NCBI GenBank assembly: GCA_013115145.1 | Contig: JAAPAO010000013.1 | Coordinates: forward strand, 78,342-142,341 | Origin: Perkinsus chesapeaki ATCC PRA-425 | Taxonomy: Eukaryota > Protista > Perkinsozoa | DNA length: 64,000 bases | Reading direction: 5' to 3' | Shown here: one piece after another, positions 1 through 12,615 of the stretch | Numbering within the stretch: position 1 is the first letter of the stretch | How the letters are laid out: each line of letters opens with the position of its first letter | Made by a program: the position numbers and the translations under genes | The notes under the pieces: generated by a model | What the model was told of the DNA's origin: nothing | The model's input: the letters and a program-made list of their open reading frames with translations, nothing else | Database searches by the model: none

Positions 1-50
1 ACTCGAAGTCACCTTCCGTCATTGGGCTAGACTCAAATGATCTATAACCC

Positions 51-3000
51 TCATCTGTAGTATACAGCCCCTCATCTGCCGACTCCCGACCAACCAGTTG
101 TGGCACAACGCCAACCTTCATGTCACACACTTTAGCATCTTCACCGACTTCTCCCACAAGGGGCACTGTGGCGCCAGCAGCAGCCTGTCGCTTATCCACG
201 TACACCAGGTCAGGAAGCCTTTGAGGCCTGCCAAAGTACTAGAACCAACGACACCCATCCAGACCTACTCGACCGCTGCCGTCTCTTTGTTGTTTGTTAT
301 TCTCCTACTTGTCCAGTTAGCTAGGCCAGTGCCAGCACCCAGCTCTAATAGCTGAGAATGGAAGCTTAGCAACCAGGGCTTCTGTGATGCTGTTAGCACC
401 GTACCTACATAGGACTTTACAGCAGTTACGAATACACAAAGCTACAATGGTAACCATCTCTAAGATGACGATACACCTCCTCCTCCCCATCCAGAGCGAC
501 AGCACTAGTGCACTCATCAAGTAGTGCCCACCGAGGGCTGCGATACCTGATACAATGACATAAGCAAAAGCCGATCGGTACCACAACTACAATAATCGTG
601 CTACTGCTATCCTCTGTTGCTCCCCAAGACTCAGCTTATTCTCCCAATCTTCATCATGGGACAGCAAACCCTTGCGGTAGCGCTCGACTAAATAGCTCAG
701 CCTCACCTTCCCCAAACACTCCTGCACAAGCGTGAGCACCTCCTCAGAGCCACCCGCCTGATACATCACTACCGACAACATAACCAAGCGGTTAGGCTAC
801 CCTATCAGGATAGGTCACCAAGTCTGCCAGGCTCCCCTCAGGCATATACGGCTTAGTCGGCACATAATGTAGCGACTGTTCCTCCCCGGAGGGAAGTGAT
901 ATGGTACCAGAGCCAGGCCTCCAAAGGCCAGCTATCGTACCTGTCGCAAGCTGCTGTTAAATGCTACCCTAGTGCCGACTGCTCCCACGTAAAACAGCGC
1001 TTTTTCCGCAGCCACTCGGCCCTGTTATAATCATACCGCTGTCAACCCGACCATCTACTGTACACGATAGCCGTGACACCTGAACCCACATGTACTAGGA
1101 TGAGATGAGTGGCTACAGCAGCAGCGGCGGCAAACTACCAATACAAGACCGCCATCGGGGGTCTGGATATCAACCTTCTCTAGCTTAATTATGTCTTCGT
1201 TAGTCTTCTCCTTGGTAAGAGAGGGGACAATCTCATCTGACATAACCATAACAGATAAACGCAATGCTACAAGGGTGATTACCCCTTGCCTTACTGCCCG
1301 ACTCTTGTGCAGCCTCGCAAGCTCTGATAAGCTCCTCCACCTGATAGCCACCATTAAAGACCACTAACAGTGTGACGACTACCTACCCTAGTAGCATGAC
1401 CACTAGCACCTGCCCACTTACCACCAAGCTCCATCAACATACCCAGCGCAGAAAAGGAATGGGATACCACAGAACCGAGATACCTGATAATGATCATCTC
1501 ATCACACTCTCGACACAAAATCTGTCCCACTAGCGAGCCCTCGGCGCGATCAGCTACTACCTCAGTGTGTGCCCGAGATACTCGTCCCCCTCCTTCTGCC
1601 CAGCCCCCTCCGTATACATCAGACTCAACACCCAGGTGGCATTATTAGGCACCATTTGGGATATGAAGAAGTCTAGTGTACCATACAGATGCTCCAGCCT
1701 CTTCGACGATTTCTGGAACTCTAACTTATCCTCTAGTAGCCTGAACCACACCTATCAATAACATACCAGATGGCAGCTCCATCTTACCTGTCCGCTGTCT
1801 GGGACTCTACCGCCCCGCCATCCAAGAAGGCTATGGACTCTGCACACTGACTAAGGCGAGCGTGAAACATAGAGAAGGCAGCATCTACAGCAGCAGTAAT
1901 ATAGCCGTGGCAGCAGCATCAGGCATACCAAGCTCCTCCCTCCTGGCCGTAAGCTTGGCCAAGTCGGGACGTATCAACCTTAGCAATGTCATACCCGATA
2001 TCATATAAGTCAGCAAGGATGTCAGCCCAGTTCTGCCTGATAAAGACAAGTGTCAACACAGACGACGAGATACAGCTGTTACCAGTTAGCTGGAACACTC
2101 CAGCGCTGAACCAAGCTAGATCAACTAAGGGTTTAAGAGTATCACTAAGCATGCTGGCAAGGGCATCAGCCAACTAAAGCAGGCAAAGGTAGTAATCAAG
2201 CAAGCGCCACCGCCGCATTGCCCTTACTTTAGGAATGTCCTCGACAATGACTTGATCCGCCCCTCCAGCAGGCGGCACCAAGTGATAGAAGCTGGAATCC
2301 TTTAGGTACCTGCAATGACGACAGTCTTAATGACAGCCATATGTTAGTACATATTGGTTAGTTTCCTAGTCAGGTCCCTTCGCCAATGGTCTCCTATACC
2401 AGCCTCTAGGATATCACCCAGCGGACTCAATACGGCTTGGACCAGGCCCATCAATAAAGCGTTTATCACCTGAACAACAGACATCTTAAAGAAGCCGCCA
2501 TTGGGATGAAGCTTACCAAGGCGTGGAAGTCCACGGTCTTCCTTTGCATTAAGAGCCTTAACGAATGACCGTTAATATGAGCTATTCTATTACTAACATA
2601 TGTACCTAATATAACACATGCCACACAAAAGGGCAACAACACAGCAGCCTACGTCCCATAATAATAGACAACAGCTCCGCTAACCGCATAAGCTGGCCCT
2701 TATCAGGCAGGCCCAGCAGCTGCACAACCTGTCCCAGCGTAGGCCTCTCAGCCTTCTTGTAATTACGCTCTAAGAGAGCACATCTTCCATTTCAACGATC
2801 CCAGTCTTACCAACATGTTTGCCTTTATTACTGATAACTGCCGTACTCTGACCATCACCGAGCTGCTGCAAAGACCCCGTCCCTAAAGCCATACCATCCC
2901 ACCATACCCCCTCCGACAAAGCCTTACTTTCCAGTCGACTAGCTATCTCTGTGAAAGGCAATGCCCCAGTCTGCATTAGAGATGCTAGGGACTCCGAGGC

Positions 3001-6000
3001 CTTCAGTGGCAGCAGCTTTCCCCGGGACCCCTCAATCGTTGTTATACTATACCTGCAACGGACAGATGAAGGCAAAGTGAAGCGTTCCGAGCCCTACCCT
3101 CCACTGCCATCCAGCGTGACCATATGATTATGAAATTCTTGCAGTGCTGGTCTATGGGATATTGTTATTAATGATATCCCCAACTGGCCACATAACGTAA
3201 ATAATCTTCGCTCCATCTTAATGCTGACAGCGGACGTGCACTCGTCGAGGATGGCAAACGTGGGCCTATGCCAGAACAACCTGGCCATGGACAGCTTCTG
3301 CTGCTCCCCCAGAGACAATCTAGCATCCCAATCCACAACACCTGAGGCGAGCGATGGACACAAAGCTGATAAAAGGCAACAGTAAACTTACTGGTAAAGT
3401 CATCCAAATGAGACAACTCGACCAGCCTTAAAAGAGATCGCAGCTGCTGCTCATCAGGCCGATTGCTGTCCGGATAACATACATTATCCGGCAATGTACC
3501 AACAACACAATAGGGCTTTTGGGGAAGGTAGAACAGATAGCTGTGCAGACCAACACGGTCTCTGGCACCGGGCCTCGTAATGGTACCTATAAGCAATAAA
3601 AACTAATCAGCAAAAGTAGCAAGCCCAAGTACCTCTCTTAATGTCCCATAGACCTCCCAGACACCTAAATATGCTAGACTTGCCAGCTCCATTCGGCCCA
3701 CATATAATAACATTATCACCTTTGCTAATACGCAGATTGAGATCGGTTACCTAATCTCATATAAGATTCCCACCAAGCCCGCAAAGCCCACCAATCTATG
3801 CCCGGTAGGAGTGTCGATGTCAACACCCTCAAAGACAACCTCCGCACAACCACCAACAGCGTCGGCGCTGAACTTCCGTCTGGCAGCCTCGGTCTCCGCC
3901 TTGGACTCGGCAAGTGCCTTCTGATCTTCCATTTCAACGATCTGAGTGGAGACAGTAACGCACACAAAAGATCAATGAGGTAGTACCAGTCGGCCACACC
4001 GATCCACTAGGCCTGACAGTCTAGCCACAGTGCCGGCGAGGCGGGCGAATTGGGAACATGCTACTAGCTCCATGAGCAACATGTCTGTCAGGTACCTGAA
4101 TACGAGCAGTTACTGAATATTGCCACATGTGTGAGATATACACTTCTATTACTATTGTATAGCGTCTTTGCTACGAAGCAGTGATCTATTGATGACCTCA
4201 CTAGTATAAAAACATTTCAGCTTATACATTCGAAAGACTACTCTTCGGTGATAAATAACACCCACAACCGTAAGATTAGAAAAGAAGAGGAGAATGGGAT
4301 GTGCTTACCTAACCTCATAGAGCATCTCTCCTTTAGACTTGTTCCTAATTGCCTGAGGACCTTGCTTGAAGAACGGTATTAATATAAGGTACATGCCCAA
4401 AGTGAATGTACAGTACCGGCCAGCATACCTAAAATCATACCGTATCTTCCCATAATCACAATAAAGATACCCCCTACTCTTGTAGCACATTGGACAGGAA
4501 GTTATCATGTCGTACTTTATCCAAATAAAACATTAGGCGACCAAAGGCTCCTCTTAAAGCTTCCCCTTCATACTCCCTAAAGATACACTTCACTTTGGCA
4601 ACACAGCTGCTGTGCTACTCACCCGCCCTTGTACAGAGCTACGGCCTCGGCGTTCCTGGCCAACCTCGAATGACCGTGCTTATAGGCCGATTCAAGCTTA
4701 CGAGTCTTCTTCTCTACAAAAGGAGATAACAACTACGACTACGGCACCACAGCGGCAGTTAATTACTTTGCATCCCATAGTCAGGTGCAATGCTCTGAAC
4801 GATAAGATAGGCGGTGGCTGAGTACCTAGAGCATGATATTATCAACAAGAGATAGAGGAATTACTACAGGATAGGGCCGACTGTAAGCTTAAGGCCATCT
4901 AGTCTAGAGCCACTAATGCCTTTGGCGAAAGGGTAGATAAGACTTGAAAAGAATGCGAAATTGGTAACACTATTGACCAGATCACAGGCTGCTAGACCAA
5001 GGTCTCGAGTGAGCAAAGGAACCTACAGCAGGAATGTCACGCGTGAAGCTTAGATACCCTACATCAGTGCAGATCCTATCATAGGCATGTGCCTCTCCTT
5101 GTAGATGATAATAGTTAAGGCTTCCAAAGTATAACGTCTGAAGGTAGCGTGCCATTTTAGCATGCCAGTGTCGTCCAAGACTGCCTAAAGGGAAACATAA
5201 CAAGCTTGAACACGCCTGCTTTTGGTATTACTAACAACATTCGCCAGGGCTTTATTGGCGACGGATAGGGCGAAACCAAGCCCTAAGTTGCGCACCAGAA
5301 GATACCCAAAAACATTCTTTCGGCCCTCAAAGACCGATTTAAAAAGTTCCCCTTGTAGCCTGGCCTTTCTAACATCAATTTGGGCGAAGATACAGGCTAT
5401 TATCAGCATGAATACACCTAATAAATATATAATAAAGGGCAGCATACACTACACTTACACAGCTTCTGAGCATGCCTATCGTTCTTGAGGTCCAGCAGCC
5501 TAATTATTACCCTCCACAGCTCCCCTCGCGAGAGCCGCTTCTTTGGCAAGATACCTGAGGTCAACGAAATGACATATTATGAATCTTACGAGCCCGGTAT
5601 TACTTTCTTTTTCCTTCTCATTTCGGTGCTCTTCTCTGCCACTCTTCTTCCTTCTATTGGCTTGGACTACCCCAATAGCACCAAATGCTGCCGATGCCAA
5701 TAAAGCTGTCCATAATAGCTGGGACTTTAACACGCGGGATGGCCTGACTGTCATTAAGACGGTAAAACTATCACCAACGACTCCTATACGACGCAGCAAT
5801 TTACGAAACAAATTGTCGCTAACAACGGCGCGCTGGTTTTCAACTGCTAGAATCTCCGAAGTGGTGAAAAGAAGTGCAAAAAACGGCTGCATAACAAACC
5901 CAAGTGTCTCGGAGGCTAAACAAAAGATATAGAGGAAGAAATTCAACAATATGAGGTGGATACCTTGAGGTTAGCACAATATTTACGAGCATAAAAAAGA

Positions 6001-6037
6001 AGCCGATTGACGGAGCGAAGCGATTCGGGTTTGACAT
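51..6037 (-). CDS. Full-size (TMD-NBD-TMD-NBD) ABC transporter, subfamily D (peroxisomal acyl-CoA importer-like), multi-exon
   Basis: Two complete nucleotide-binding domains. NBD1: Walker A GPNGAGKS (~3680-3710), LSLGEQQKL signature and FAILDECTSAVS (3094-3363). NBD2: Walker A GPSGCGKS (~1000-1030), LSLGEQQRI (587-787) and spliced WALLDECTSAVA (~500-545). ABCD membrane-domain fragments YLQTLYFGSLNYYHL...DRICTDV and LASMLSDTLKPLVDLAWF. Start ATG (MSNPNRF) and stop are inferred. Confidence 0.85.
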
Positions 6038-6475
6038 TTTTGTGGAGACAATTGACACGGTGTTATTGTTGCGATGACAGCCTGTGTGCCAGGCTAGGAC
6101 CACTTCAAGGTCTACTCCTCCACCACTAGCGTTGGGTACCATGGGATAGACACGTTAAAAATAAACTCAGTACGCATGTATTTGCGCAATTTGTCTCCCA
6201 TTCCCAGTGGCCTAATTTTCCTAATTATCCTAGCTGTTGCCAGGGGGTGCTTCAACACGGGTAACAGATAACACTGTTATCATAACAGCTCAGTCGATAT
6301 TAGGCTGTTCATGTCCCTAGTCATCCTCGATATCATAAACGGGCTTGAAATGTCAAAGTAGCAAGTATGACAGACAAAGATATTCATCGGTGAGCTAGAA
6401 TTGGCTCCAGCAAGCCATGGTGCCGTCGAAGTACACTTAAAAGACATTCGCTGCCGACATTACCACTGGGCAGCC

Positions 6476-6498
6476 CCGGCTTAAACGGTTTAAGCCGG
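6476..6498. repeat. Perfect 11-bp inverted repeat with 1-nt centre (ccggcttaaac-g-gtttaagccgg)
   Basis: Read directly; the arms are exact reverse complements. Confidence 0.9.
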
Positions 6499-6784
6499 TT
6501 TGAGTTAAACCTCAGCAGAATATAGCTTTCTATTACTCTTCAAAGCTTCGTATACCTATTGATATTTATATGGTAATTTCGCGGCATAGTAATCGTTTGT
6601 GTGATTTATGTGTTCCTGGCGCCGGCCAACAAAGGGCGTATCGAAGTTGTTTAGTAGCAATACACCCACGCAATCTTTCGATCATCCTCATTTGTAATAC
6701 ACGAGTGGTTCTAACACATACGTTTTCTCCTGTGGGGTATACAAAGCTTACCGTTATACCACGAACTCAGTGTCAGCCTTGATA

Positions 6785-6839
6785 GGTGCCAATGATAATG
6801 TTTGCTCAATACTATGGAGCAAACATTATCATTGGCACC
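6785..6839. repeat. Perfect 23-bp inverted repeat with 9-nt loop
   Basis: ggtgccaatgataatgtttgctc / aatactatg / gagcaaacattatcattggcacc; the arms are exact reverse complements. Confidence 0.97.
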
Positions 6840-6900
6840 GTTGATGACATCGAATTGATGTCCTATGGAGTCCATAGGACATCAATTTGATGTCATCAAC
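6840..6900. repeat. 30-bp inverted repeat (one G:T pair, 1-nt centre) directly abutting the previous hairpin, with a nested palindrome in each arm
   Basis: gttgatgacatcgaattgatgtcctatgga-g-tccataggacatcaatttgatgtcatcaac; each arm contains gacatc-N5-gatgtc. Confidence 0.97.
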
Positions 6901-7076
6901 GACATCCTTCGTTCACTTCATGCGTTATCTTCGTACGGCCCGAAGCCTGTATTTACTCTTTGTGCTACGCTTCGGTTCAAGGCCGTCCTTGTCACTTATA
7001 TGCCTGGATCTCCGAAGTGTGGTACATTTTGATCGGCGTTATTGTCGTACAGGGTTTGTTTTGGGCCCTTAGCCAC

Positions 7077-9036
7077 ATGACAGAGCTAGTAGAGGATGTG
7101 GTGCTCGAGAAATCTGCTGGGGAATCAAGTGGTGCCGGCCAGCTAGATGAGGCACATGCTTGGGAAGCTGATTACACTAAAAGTTGGATTAATATAACCA
7201 AAGACCAGTATGCCGATCGCCAACATGAATGATATCTATTAATCCTTCAGACGTGGTAAACTGGTGGTAAGGGACGAGGCAGCTACGGCTAGGAAGTAAT
7301 ATCAGGGGGCTTCATCAGTGCAAATATCGCCACGTACGCAGCTGAGCTATTAAAAAGTCGCTGCCGAAGACCCTCACTAAATTGCTGCTCCTGTCGTTCT
7401 ATTAACCATCCACATCAATACACCATCTGGCTGTTCTTTGCTGTGATACAGAAACTGAACAGGGGAACGTGATTGTTGCATCATGTCTGGCTCGTTATTA
7501 AGGACCATTCCAATCGATGCATAGACGTCACTTTGCGCCTAGGTTTGGTTGAATTTGACCTTTTTTATAAACTTAGTGGTACAAAATCTCTTATCACACA
7601 TGTGGCTACTAATGTCTCAATACGTCATCTATTTCATAGATACCCTCGGAACTACGATGGAGTTTTACCCACTACACTCGACGGTGACGGGGAGCTACAC
7701 CACAAGGAGTCGATGGCACTAAAGAGGGGTCTACTGCGGTTCATGTACTTGGTAGTCGATATGAGCTCGGCCATGCAGAATACGGACTATAAACAGAACA
7801 GGTTATAAAGGGAGGCCCGGCGTCTCGCACTATGAATAATTTCAGGCTGGACTTTGTCATTACGCATCTTTGTCGCAACTTCATACCACAGTATTTCGAC
7901 CTCAACCCGATAAGCAATCTCTCAGTGATCGCCATGCGTGACCAAAAGGCACACTTTGTCACACGTAACAGCTTTGTCAACCCCGAGGTGGCCACAGCAC
8001 TGCTGTAGGTATGTCCGGCCAGCCTGCATCCCAAATTGAGCGGGTCCTCCAATTCTCAACTGGCGGGGCTTCTGGCTCAGCCTCCCTAGTGAATGCATTG
8101 GAGGCAGTTGGGCAAGCAGCTAAGGGAAGCCTTCCTCGTTATGGTATGGACGGGAGATCATAGCATAGCAGCCACTGCACGCAGGCACACGAGAAATCCT
8201 TATAGTGTGGGGATCGCTGCATTCTGTCGACCCTCCGACAAGCGGCAAACTAATACCAGATTGTGTCGACAAACTGATAGAGGAAATCAAACCAAACTCG
8301 GTGCGGGTAATCAGCTCGTCCACGGCGCGCTGCTGGCTGCTCAACTGACCTCAGGTTTCCGTTATCTCACTTTCACCGGAACTCTACGCGCTGCGTAAAG
8401 TGGTAGAAATGACCGGAGGCACCTTCTCGGTCGCAACCAGCCCTATACACTTTAAACGGTTAATGCAGAGTAGTGTATTCTGTTGGCTGTGTAGCTTTGC
8501 CTTATTATCCTTTCAGAACATTTAACGCCTCCTAATTGGATCAGCCCACCGAGCTACATTAAGATGGGTTTCCCGGTCCGTAGGGCATGTGATGGCAATC
8601 ACACAGCAGATCCGCCAATAAAGTGTATGTGCCATAACCGCCTACAGAAGACCTTCGTGTAATGCTTCTTTGGATTGAATCAAGCAATTCTCTAATAGGT
8701 ACATTTGCCCTCAATGCCACTGCCCGGTCTGTGAGATACCAGTCAACTGTCCAGTATGTAGACTCCCTCTAGTAGATGATGATGCACTTAAGAAACACCA
8801 TCGGCACATCTACTCTATGCCCACGTAAAAGTGTTGGCTAACCCCTCATGAACGCCATCCTGTTTAGGTATACTTTACTGCCTACTGTCGATTACCCCAA
8901 AACCTACACGTGCCGGTTTTGCGGATCTGACTTCACTGAGGGTGGAGCAAGATGCGATCAATGCTTGAACGATGTCTGTTATCATTGTGATATGTTTGCC
9001 CATAATAAGTTACGCCATTGCCCTGGTTGCTTATAG
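7077..9036 (+). CDS. SSL1: TFIIH subunit p44 (SSL1/GTF2H2), multi-exon
   Basis: N-terminal HAWEADYTKSW, VWA start KRGLLRFMYLVVDMSSAMQNTDYKQNR, C4 finger YICPQCHCPVCEIPVNCPVC and C-terminal CRFC...CDQC...CYHCDMFAHNKLRHCPGC. Confidence 0.93.
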
Positions 9037-9380
9037 TTTCTCATTACTTTTTATTTAGTTATCTATTAACAACAAAACAATACTCTCAAACCTAAGAGGC
9101 GGTCCATCATAACCTCTTCCCACTCTCCCGAAAAGACAGCGATTTACAACCAAAGAACAATTAACTGATAAGAGTGTGTTTGCTTTCAAGCATATCTACA
9201 CATCATAGGGATTAACGTCACGTGATAACGTGAAGAAGTAGTAAGGCAATCCCTCCATGGCCTTGGAGAAGTACAGAAGAAACAGTTTGAGGTGCTATCC
9301 GAAGCACGACTATAAAAGTACACTTCACATACTGCTCATTGCGAGCGACTGCAAGATTTGTAAGGAAAATGGCAATGTCA

Positions 9381-10571
9381 TTACTTTAAACGACAGTCGG
9401 AAGCAAGGGAGTGGTAATCTTGACAGTCGGAGAAACCCATATTCTGGGAATAACTATCACCATAGAAACAACGTGACCATTCCCAGTTATGTACAGCAAA
9501 CAAAGTGCCATTAACATCGAACAAATGGTTGAACTGATCCTGGGTAACAACGCCTTCAGAAACCATACGTTGGGTAAGCTTATTTAGAGTATCCCAAATG
9601 TACTCGATACCACCATTGGAGTCAGGATAGGAAGAGGTATCTTTAGCACACATAGACAGCTTAGCACATCCGTTACCCATTTCACAGGAACCTTCAACCA
9701 TAATAGTAATCTTGGCCTTAAGATTCTCCCATCCAGGTTGAGTGCAGACCTTGCATTGCTCAGTCATCATCCATTTCATACGCTCTAGTAAATCGTCCTC
9801 ATAGCTACCACCAAGCTCATTTCTATAAAGCATCATAAGAGCATGGTCAGCATAGCGCATAACGTACTCCGTCTCTTGAGAGTTCTCCTCACCCTCAATT
9901 GTACTGTCAACGAAGATGGAATTAGGCAAATAACCCATTCCCTGAGTGACCTCAACAATCATATCTTGAGACTTTTGGAGAGCTTCTTTATAGTAATTAT
10001 CGGCGATATGCTCAACATCGAAACTGATACCAATAGGAGCGATCTCGGCCATGGTTTGGGCGTTAACAGAGCGCATGAGGAACTGCTCGAACGTGTTAAC
10101 GAAGGCGACCATTTTCTCACCACTCTTGTCGACAACATCACCATAGGTAAGCCAAATGATGCCGTTGTTACCGCTCTCCTGGCGCCATTTCTTCATCCAG
10201 CTTACAAGGTTAGTCTGATCCTTGATGAAGTTATAATTAGAGGCATCGGCAATATTAATGTACAAATCACCACAGTTCCACTGACGACCCATATCGCTCT
10301 TGGCAAAGTTGACCAAGGATTCGTCTCCCTCCCTCCAGTAGGACTGGGACCACGTGTAGGTGGCAATCTTATTCCCGGTACAGGCGTCCGAGGGCGGGGG
10401 TCGCGAAGTCGGAGGAGTAGGGGGGCTCGGAGGGAAGGTTACGGGTTGACTGGGATCGTCGGGAAGCGCTGACGGCAAACTGCCGGAGCCACCGCTACCA
10501 GATGTGGTAGAGCATCCATTGAAAGCTAATGCAATGAAGGCACAGGCTACTGGGGCGATGGACCAAAGCAT
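9381..10571 (-). CDS. Lipobox-like secreted TIM-barrel glycoside-hydrolase-like protein, copy 1 (intronless, 396 aa)
   Basis: Signal ending AFNG-C-STTS, Pro/Ser/Thr linker, conserved core GISFDVEH, DHALMMLYR, KITIMVEG, FAVHNWEW; clear paralogue of the next four genes. Confidence 0.85.
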   Translation of the reverse strand: MLWSIAPVACAFIALAFNGCSTTSGSGGSGSLPSALPDDPSQPVTFPPSPPTPPTSRPPPSDACTGNKIATYTWSQSYWREGDESLVNFAKSDMGRQWNCGDLYINIADASNYNFIKDQTNLVSWMKKWRQESGNNGIIWLTYGDVVDKSGEKMVAFVNTFEQFLMRSVNAQTMAEIAPIGISFDVEHIADNYYKEALQKSQDMIVEVTQGMGYLPNSIFVDSTIEGEENSQETEYVMRYADHALMMLYRNELGGSYEDDLLERMKWMMTEQCKVCTQPGWENLKAKITIMVEGSCEMGNGCAKLSMCAKDTSSYPDSNGGIEYIWDTLNKLTQRMVSEGVVTQDQFNHLFDVNGTLFAVHNWEWSRCFYGDSYSQNMGFSDCQDYHSLASDCRLK

Positions 10572-11424
10572 TAAATATGAGAAGAACGGTAAACCTACAA
10601 TAGAGAATGGTTTATTGGACAGTACAGTTAAAGCGCTAGAGCCCTACCAAGAGAATAGAGTAATAGTAATACAGTATAATATCTACTAGCGACACCTCAC
10701 TCCTACAGCTAGTACAATGCTTGAGACACTCAATAGATACGAGTAAAGCGTCCCATAACACAAAGTCGTATTACATTACCCTGAAGCCGCCTAGCGGCGG
10801 CCGCTATTCCGTATAACATTGATATAAGAGTGTCAGTATGCCCGAGGAGCACTACACAGCGTAACGCTGTCTAAAATAACGTCTATCATTCAAGAGATCC
10901 GAGTTCGATTCAACCATCACGCATTTCTCAAGATATTTTTTGAGCTTTTTTAAAATAGCCTATCTCAAGGTTGCCTTATGTTGTTGAAACCTCCTCCTAA
11001 ACTTTCAAAGACACAAGAGAGCGTCCAATCAGTGTGTTTTCAGAATTTTCCTCGACTCCTCAGTTCACCTCTGATGATTCCTAGATGCGTTTTCCCGAAC
11101 TAGATACTTGACCACCTCATACTTGCCAACTCTACCCTCTAAACACAACACACAAGGCTTGGAGAAATCTACTACCCTAGCCCGATTAAATACGTGAATG
11201 CATCCTGGGCATACTCCTAGGAACGAGGAACCTCTATTCACAATAATCAACTGATGCACCATCGTACAATCGAGTAGCACTCGCAATGCACTTGTGGCAC
11301 TCGGTTAAATCACTAAAATGTCGCGTCGATAACGCAGGAACTGTGATAGGGCAGTTTGTTTGAACATAAACAGAGCTCTAAATGTGACACGAAGGGATTA
11401 ACCCAATAAGTACAAAGTCAGCAA

Positions 11425-12615
11425 CTACTCAGCTCTGCAACTCTGTGCATCGAGATGATAGTTCTGAACGCAATCAGTGTAGTTATGTTGCTGCGAGAAC
11501 GAATCTCCATAATAACATCTTGACCACTCCCAGTTGTGGATTGCATATAAAGTACCGTTAACATCGAATAACTTATTGTATTGGTCTTGTGTCACAATGC
11601 CAGCAGGAACCATCTGACTAGTAAGGTCTTGTAGTTGATCCCAGACATACTCTATACCACCGTTGGGATCAGGGTAGGAGGTGGCATCATACGCACACAT
11701 AGAAAGCTTGCCACAACCGTTACCCATTTCACAGGATCCCTCAACCATGATAGTAATCTTGGCCTTCAAGTCCTCCCAGCCAGGTTGGGTGCATACAACG
11801 CATTGGTCAGTCATCATCCACTGCATACGCTCCAATAGACCGTCGTTGTTTGTACCATTAACCGAGTTCCTGTAAAGCATCATCAGAGCTCTATCAGCAT
11901 TCTGCATAACATAAGTAGTTTCTTGTTGGTTTGGTTCACCTTCGATGGTACTGCCGACGAAAATAGAATTGGGCAGATAACCCATACCTTCAGTGACATT
12001 GGCAATCATTTGTCTTGAACTAGTAAGTGCCTTCAGATAGTAATCATCGGGAACATGCTCAACATCAAAGCTGATACCGATGGGGGATATCTCGGCCATG
12101 TCCTGGGCAGAGACGGAACGTATAAGGAACTGCTCGTAAGTGTTTACAAAATCACACATTTTTTGACCATCCCTCTCAGTAACATCACCATAAGTTAACC
12201 AAATAATTTCATTGTTACCGCTATCTTGACGCCACTTTTTCATCCAGGCAACCAGCTGTGGTTGGTATTTGATAACATTGTAGTTAGTAGGATCGGCCAC
12301 GTTGATGTAGAGTTCACCACAGTTCCAAGTCCTGCCCATATCAGTCTGAATGAAGTCAGTGAGCGTCGGATCTCCATCAACCCAATAGTCCTGTGACCAC
12401 GAATACATACCAATCTTGTGTCCAGTGCAAGCATTGGTTGGTGGTGGCCTTGTAGTTGGAGGTGGGCCAGTCGTCTTAGGGAAAGTAACCGGTTGATTAG
12501 GATCTGCTGGCATCTGAGGAGGTAGTGTCTCTGGAGTACTATCACCCGAGTCGGTGGAGCAACCAGTGAGCACAAATGCCAGAGCCACAGACGCTAATCC
12601 TCCGAAAAACTTCAT
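11425..12615 (-). CDS. Lipobox-like GH-like protein, copy 2 (intronless, 396 aa)
   Basis: MKFFGGLASVALAFVLTG-C-STDS; same core motifs as copy 1. Confidence 0.85.
   Translation of the reverse strand: MKFFGGLASVALAFVLTGCSTDSGDSTPETLPPQMPADPNQPVTFPKTTGPPPTTRPPPTNACTGHKIGMYSWSQDYWVDGDPTLTDFIQTDMGRTWNCGELYINVADPTNYNVIKYQPQLVAWMKKWRQDSGNNEIIWLTYGDVTERDGQKMCDFVNTYEQFLIRSVSAQDMAEISPIGISFDVEHVPDDYYLKALTSSRQMIANVTEGMGYLPNSIFVGSTIEGEPNQQETTYVMQNADRALMMLYRNSVNGTNNDGLLERMQWMMTDQCVVCTQPGWEDLKAKITIMVEGSCEMGNGCGKLSMCAYDATSYPDPNGGIEYVWDQLQDLTSQMVPAGIVTQDQYNKLFDVNGTLYAIHNWEWSRCYYGDSFSQQHNYTDCVQNYHLDAQSCRAE

Noticed and set aside
9843-10472. 209-aa plus-strand ORF (and similar antisense ORFs over copies 2-5 and at 52025-52924, 42828-43541)
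   Set aside because: They are antisense shadows of well-supported genes on the other strand.
10900-11290. ORF with CPGC...CVLC in the spacer between GH-like copies 1 and 2, a possible zinc finger or element remnant
   Set aside because: Short and stop-interrupted downstream, with no recognisable domain; it cannot be supported without a homology search.
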